Assembly: GCF_036365525.1 (NCBI RefSeq)
Contig: NC_090375.1
Location: forward strand, 199,135,864-199,199,863
Direction: 5' to 3'
Source of the DNA: Heterodontus francisci
Taxonomy: Eukaryota
DNA length: 64,000 nt
Part shown: positions 57,820 to 64,000 of the stretch, piece after piece
Layout of the letters: every line of letters starts with the position of its first letter
Numbering within the stretch: position 1 is the first letter of the stretch
Translations under genes and position numbers: made by a program
Notes under the pieces: generated by a model
Database searches by the model: none
The model's input: only the letters and a program-made list of their open reading frames with translations
What the model was told of the DNA's origin: nothing

Positions 57820-60670
57820 ACATAGACACATAGAAAATAGGAGCAGGAGTAGGTGATTCGGCCCTTCAGGCCTGCTCTGCCATTCAAAAAAGATTATGAC
57901 TGATCATCTAATTCAGTACCCTGTTGCTGATTTTTCTCCATATCCCTTGATTCCTTTTGCATTAAGAAATATATCCATCTCCTTCTTGAATATATTTAAT
58001 GACTTGGCCTCCACTGCCTTCTGCAGTAGAGAATTCCTCAGGTTCACCACCCTCTGAATGAAGACATTTCTCCTCATCTCAGTTCTAAATGGCATACCCA
58101 TATCCTGAGACTGTGACCCCTGATTCTGGACACCTCAGCCATCGGGAACATCCTCCCGGCATCTAGCCTGTCTAGTCCTGTTATAACTTTATAGCTTTCT
58201 ATGAGATCCCCTCTCATTCTTCTAAACTCTAGTGAATATCGTTCTAGTTGATCCAGTCCCTCCTCATACGTCAATTCTGCCATCCCAGGAATCAGCCTAG
58301 TAAATCTTCTTTGCACTCCCTCCATGGCAAGAACATCCTTTCTCAGATAAGGAGATCAAAAGTGCAGACAATACACCAGATGTGGTCTCACCAAGGGCCT
58401 GTTTAACTGTAGTAAGACATCCTTGCTCTTGTACTCAAATCCTCTTGCAATGAAGGCCAACAGACATTCGCCTTCCTAATTGCTTGCTGCACCTGAATGC
58501 TTGGTTTCAGCGACTGGTGTACAAGGACACCCAGGTCTCGTTGCACCTCACCCTTTCCTAATCTACCACCATTCAGATAATAATCTGCCTTTCTGTTTTT
58601 ACAACCAAAGTGGATAACCTCATATTTATACATGTTATACTGCATTTGCCATGCATTTGCCCACTCACCCAACTTGTCCAAATCACATTGGAGCCTCTTT
58701 GCATCCTCCTCACGGCTCACATTCCCCCTAGCTTTGTGTCATCTGCAAACTTGGAAATGTTACATTTAGTTCCCTCACCCAAGTCATTAATATATATTGT
58801 GAATAGCTGGGGCCCAAGCACTTATACCTGTGGTATCACACTAGCCATTGCCTGCCACCCGGAAAAAGACAGGTTTATTTCTACTCTCTGTTTCCTGTGT
58901 CAACCATTTCTCCATCCATGCCAATATATTACACCCAATCCCATGTGCTTTAATTTTGCACACTAACCTCTTATGTGGGACCTTATCAAAATCCTTCTGA
59001 AAATCCAAATGCACCACATCCACTGGTTCTCTCTTATCTATTCTAGTAGTTGGACCATTAAATCCAGTTGATTTGTTAAGCACGATTTCCCTTTCATAAA
59101 CCAATGCTGACTTTGCCCAATCCTGTTTATGCTTTCCAGATGTTCTGTTATCACATCCTTTATAATAAACTCTAACATTTTCCCCACTACTGATGTAAGG
59201 CTAACTGGTTTGTAATTCCCTATTTTTCCTCTCACTCCTTTTTAAATAGTGGGGTAACATTTTCCACCCTCCAATCTGTAGGAACTGTTCCAGAGTCTAT
59301 AGAATTTTGGAAGATGACCACCAATGCATCCAATATTTCCAGGACCACTTCCTTTAGTACTCTGAAATGTAATTTATCAAGCCCTGGGGATTTGTCAGCC
59401 TTTAACCCCATTAGTTTCCCTAGCACTATTTTTTAATCATACTGATTTCCTTCAGTTCCTCCCTCTCATTCGACCCTTGGTTCCCTAACATTACTGGGAG
59501 GTTATTTGTGTCCTCCTTTGTGAAGACCATTTCTTTGTTTCCCATTATACTTTCCCCCATTTCTGACTGTAAGGGATGTACATTTGTCTTCACTAATCCA
59601 TTTCTCTTGATGTATTGAAAGAAGGTTTTACAGTCATTTTTTATGTTCCCCACAAGTTTACTCTCGTACTCTAATCCCCCCACTTAAACAACCTCTTTCT
59701 CCTTCTTTGCTGAATTCTAAGCTGCTCCCAATCCTCAGACTTGCTGCTTTATCTGGCAATTTTACGTGCCTCTCCCATTTGGATCTAATACGATCCCTAA
59801 TTTCTTGTGTAAGCCACAGTTGAGCCAGCTTTCTCGTTTTATTTTTGTGCCAAACAGGAATGAATAATTGTTGTAATTCATGCACTCGTTCTTTAAATAT
59901 TATGCAATGCCTATCCACCATCAACATTTTCAGTAAACTTCCCCAATCCACCATCGCCAACTCGTGCCTCATATCTTCATAGTTTCCTTGATTTCGATTC
60001 AGGACCCTAGTTTCGGATTCAACTACTTCATTCTCCATCTTAATGAAGAATTCTATCATGTTATGGTCGCTCCTCCCCATGGGACCCCGCACAACAGGAT
60101 TGTTAATTAATTTCTCATTGCACAATACCCAGTCTAGGATAACCTGTTCTCTAGTTGGTTCCTCAGTATATTAGTCTAAAAAACTGTCACGTACACACTC
60201 CAGGAAATCCTCCTCCACAGTATTATTGCTAATTTGGTTTGACCAATCTATATGTAGATTAAATTCACCCATGGTTACAGTTGTACCCTTATTGCATGCG
60301 TCTCTAATTACCTTTTTAATGCTATCCCTTACATCTCCACTACTGAATGGAGACCTATAGACAACATCCACCAACGTTTTCTGCCCCTTGGTGTTTCTTA
60401 GCTTCACCTATACAGATTCCACATCTAGATTTTCTAAGCCAATATCCTTCCTCACTATTGCATTGATTTCCTCCTTTACTGGACCTGCCCGGATGCAACC
60501 CATCCAGCCTGTACTGGTCTCACCTTCCCGAGAACCGGTCTCAATGTCCCAGGAATCTGAATCCCTCCCCCCTACACCATTTCTCCAGTCATGCATTCAT
60601 CTGGTGTATCTGCTATTTCTGCTCCTGCTAGCACATGCCACTGGTAGTAATCCTACGATTATTACCTTTT
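57820..60670 (-). mobile_element. Degenerate CR1 LINE (ORF2 fragments plus an ORF1 esterase-like piece)
   Basis: VYRSP, GEFN, GRSDHN, KSPGLD, NYKPVSLTS, DKVPH, VQRRFTRLIPG in broken frames. Confidence 0.82.
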
Positions 60671-60784
60671 TTTTTCTTTTTTCTTTTTTTTTACTCTGTA
60701 TCTAACCCCGTTTTATTTTTCGTTTTTTTTTTCTTTTTTATAAGGTGGCCTTTATATCCCAGGTATATAAATACGGTCTCAGGT

Positions 60785-60965
60785 TAAAAGAAAGGAGAGG
60801 AGAGAAAGAAATACCGAGAGTGAAAGATAGAAAGTGAGAGAGACAGCTAGAGAAAGAGAAAATAGAGAGTAATAGAGAGAATGAAAGAGAGAAACAGAGA
60901 GGAGAGAGAACAAAATAGAAAGAGAACAAGAGAGACAGAGAAAAATAGAGAGAATAAGACAAAGA
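60785..60965. repeat. Polypurine tract upstream of TRGV-B2
   Basis: About 180 bp A/G-rich; starts CTCAGGTTAAAAGAAAG like the B1 tract (CTCAGTTTAAAAGAAAG). Confidence 0.8.
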
Positions 60966-61538
60966 GGTAATAGATACACTATACAGGGCTCTGGGCAGAT
61001 CACATTGAATAACGTTTCCACCTCTTGTCGTCCAGAGACACACGAGACAATGTGCTGGAGGCAGTGCAGAGAGGTGTGAAGAGGATGGTCCTGTTTTCAG
61101 GAGTTTGAGTTCTGGACGAATATTAATTGGTTCTGGTGAGAAAGTGTCTGAGAGAAGTTCTTAAAGGTGTGTAAGATTGTTACCGGAATGGAAGAGGTAG
61201 ATGTGTAATGTTACTTTCATTTAAACTTTAGTAATAGGACAAGGAAACACGGGCCAACCTTGTAGAAGGAAACTCCAGAGCGAGATCAGAAAGCTGGTCA
61301 CCCAGCGAGTGATCAACGCTTGGAATGGACTCCAGGGCAGCGTGGTTGAGATGAAAGCCTGTTTTAATGAAATAGTGAATAACAAGATGAAACGTCACAG
61401 CCACCAAATGGAAACGTCACCCTTGAGACCACATGGAAATTCAGCAATGGGTGAAACTGATTGACAATTTCCGGTATCTCAGCGTCCCAGTAACAGGTAT
61501 TTGTAAACCTGGATCAGTTCTGTGTTGGGTACACAAAC

Positions 61539-61983
61539 ATGAAGGGTCAAGTCATTGTGATTTTACTCATCACCTTCGTTGGTCAGTATTTTAGATTCTA
61601 ACTGATTATTTTTGTTCATCTCCCGCCTCCGTTTTGTGAAATATTCTAATTGATTTCTATTCTTCTCTCTTGCAGGGAAATCTGTTGCACAAACCTTGAC
61701 ACAGTCCCCATTTTCGATGACCAGAGCTCCGACGAGAACTGTCCGGTTTTACTGTAAGGTTGAAGGGACAAATTTCGAAGATGCCGTTATCCACTGGTAC
61801 CGGCAGATCCCGGGTCAAGAGCTGCAACGCATGTTATATTTTAAGAATCCATCTGAGACTTTACAGGATATGACCGACCAAGTAATTTTTGCTAAAAAAG
61901 AATCCAAAACTAAATCCAGCACCCTGCTCATGAGGAATATCCAGGAGGATGACGCTGGGACCTATTACTGTGCCTGCTGGGAC
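61539..61983 (+). CDS. TRGV: T-cell receptor gamma V gene, family B copy 2 (leader 61539-61581, intron 61582-61675, V exon 61676-61983)
   Basis: MKGQVIVILLITFV leader; in-frame V domain ending YYCACWD. Confidence 0.92.
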
Positions 61984-62022
61984 CACAGTGACTGAAAGCG
62001 AAGGGAAACTCATACAAAAACC
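61984..62022 (+). other. Consensus 23-RSS
   Basis: CACAGTG, 23 nt, ACAAAAACC. Confidence 0.95.
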
Positions 62023-62222
62023 GAAACTGCACGAACACCATCATGCTCAGTCTGTGTAAGCTGTTCACACACAAACCACAAGTGTAGCGTTTGGAGATTT
62101 CCACGAGCTTTTAATTCTACCGTGTGCTGGGTAGATAGCTCGGTATTTTCACGATGTTATTTGCATAATATCTTTGAGCTGGGATGATTATCATTACTTT
62201 GTTAACTCCGTGAGATACAGTT

Positions 62223-62637
62223 GAAAAAGTCTTCCCTACCTTTAAGGCGATATTATGATAAGGCGATATTATGATAGCTTGGTCAAAGATGCAGCTTTTA
62301 TGGAGCGTCTTAAAGGAGGAAAGAGAAGTAGAGAGATTTAGCGAGGGAATTCCAGAGCTTTGGACCGAGCTAGCTGAAGGTGCAGCCTGCCAATGGTTGA
62401 GCAATTGCAAGAGCATAAGAAATAGGGGCAGAAGTAGACCATATGGACCATCAAGCCTGCTCCGCCATTCAAAACGACCATGGCTGATCTTAGGATTCAA
62501 CTCCACTTTACCGCCTACTTGCGATATCCTTTGATTCCCTGAGAGACTAAAAATCTATCTATCCTAGCCTTAAATGTATTCAATGATGGAGCATCTACAA
62601 CCCCCTGGGGTAGAGAATTCCAAAGATTACATTACAT
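62223..62637 (-). mobile_element. Composite LINE 3' fragments present after B2 but not B1
   Basis: Flanked by TACAGTT (62216-62222, 62638-62644); single TACAGTT at the B1 site (~16218). Confidence 0.6.
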
Positions 62638-63189
62638 TACAGTTATGACAGATCTGTCTTTATTCTATAAATGGATATTACAATTCACATACTGTTTAAA
62701 CTAACAGTCCCTTTATCACATTCTGGAAAACCGCTGTTAAGTTTCAAAGCCGGTTTGGCAGCATCTGTGTAGAGAGAAACCAAGTTAACGTTTCCGGTCT
62801 GTGATCTTTCAGAAAAACATTGTTGTGATGAAACGTCCCAGATGTGGAACGTTAATTCTGTTTCTCTCTACACAGATGCTGCCAGACCTGCTGAGTACTT
62901 CCGGCACTTTCTGTTCGCATTTCAGAGTTCCAGCATCCGCGGTATTTTGCTCTTATATAAGTTTCAATGTCTCCAGTGGCCGCACGGTTCTATAAGAAAA
63001 AACTACCTCAACCATCAAACCAACACTAATGATATTTGCAGTCACGGTCCTGTCATTAGAAATTAGGAACAGGAGTAGGTCAGTTAGCTCTTAGAGCCTG
63101 TTCCCCTTTCAATGAAATCTTGACTGAACTGTGATCTAGCTCCATGTACCCAAGTCGGCCCCATATCCTGTAGACAGGAAGGTTAGCAT

Positions 63190-64000
63190 GATGTTACTGA
63201 ACTCGTAGTCCACAGGCCTGGGCTATTATGGCCGCTGATGGAATTTAAAGTCAGTTACATGAAACATAGAATAAAAAGCTAGTCTCAGTAAAGATGACCA
63301 TCCAACTATCGGACTGTCTTAAAACACCATCTGGTTCACTCATGTCCTTTATGGAAGGAAATCTGCTGTTCTTACCCTGGTCTGGCCTCTCTGTGGCTCC
63401 AGACCCACAACAACGTGGTTGTCTCTTAACTGCCCACTGAAATAGCTGAGCGGTTGTATCAAATCACTATGGAAAATCAAATAGAAATAGAACAGGACGA
63501 AACACCTGGCATCCACCTAGGCATCAGATATGACAAAGGCACAGCCTGAAATGTCTTACTTACTAACATCTGGGGACTTGTGCCAAAATTGGGAGAGCTG
63601 TACTACAGACCAACACCCATTGGCAGGACAGAACCATCAGAGATGATGGCATAGTGGCATACAGTTTGGAGGGAGTGGCCCTGGGAGTCCTCAACATTGA
63701 CTCCGGAAATTGTGAATCTGGCCAATTACCGATAAGGAAACCTTTGGCGGATTACCCTCTACAGCCCTCAGCTGATGAATCAGTGTTCCTCCATGTTGAA
63801 CGCCACGTGGAATAGACACTGAAGGTAGAAAGGGGACAGAATGTAGTCTGTGTGGGTGACTTCAATGTCCATCACTGAGTGGCTGGGTAGCACCACTAAT
63901 GACCTAGGTGGCAGAATCCTAAAGGGCATACGTGCCAGACGGGGCCTACGGCAGGAATGAACTAATATGAGGGAAAATCTCCTTGCCCAGGTCCTCACCA
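63190..64000 (+). mobile_element. Older copy of the SINE-headed single-ORF LINE (eroded head, central domain, endonuclease start); runs off the window
   Basis: CCATCTGGTTCACT..GGAAGGAAATCTGCTG..CCAGACCCACA domain followed directly by TNIWGLVPKLGEL..VGDFNVHH. Confidence 0.75.

Noticed and set aside
106-62022. Alternative identity as Ig light chain, IgNAR or TCR delta V genes
   Set aside because: No octamer promoters or V-J-C clusters seen, full-length CDR2/FR2 present, and I/LHWY with YYCxxW plus 23-RSS fits TRG best; phylogeny still advisable
1-64000. J, D or C segments and 12-RSSs
   Set aside because: No FGxG J motif with an upstream 12-RSS or C1-set exon was noticed by eye

Overview
Eukaryotic, repeat-rich genomic DNA from a cartilaginous fish (shark-type SINE/LINE/Penelope families) containing part of a T-cell receptor gamma (TRG) V-gene cluster in germline configuration. 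Seven intact V genes lie on the + strand, each with a split leader exon, a short GT-AG intron, a V exon with C...I/LHWY...YYCxxW and a 23-bp-spacer RSS. They fall into four families: A x3 at 0.1, 25.7 and 53.6 kb; B x2 at 15.5 and 61.5 kb; C at 33.0 kb; D at 36.3 kb. An eighth V (E, 40.5 kb) is a pseudogene cut by a Gypsy LTR element. No J, D or C segments were seen. The intergenic DNA is nested CR1 LINEs, Neptune-type Penelope elements whose pseudo-LTRs carry minimal hammerhead-ribozyme motifs, tRNA-derived SINEs, an LTR element with a fusion-protein-like env remnant, and direct and inverted segmental duplications. The most unusual observation is a single-ORF LINE with a tRNA-derived A/B-box head and almost no Pol III terminators (TTTT) on its sense strand, i.e. 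a candidate Pol III-transcribed, protein-coding retrotransposon. Also notable are a position-fixed promoter motif shared by three V families and paralogue divergence that spares CDR1 but concentrates on FR1, CDR2 and HV4. All calls were made by eye; family names for repeats need database confirmation.
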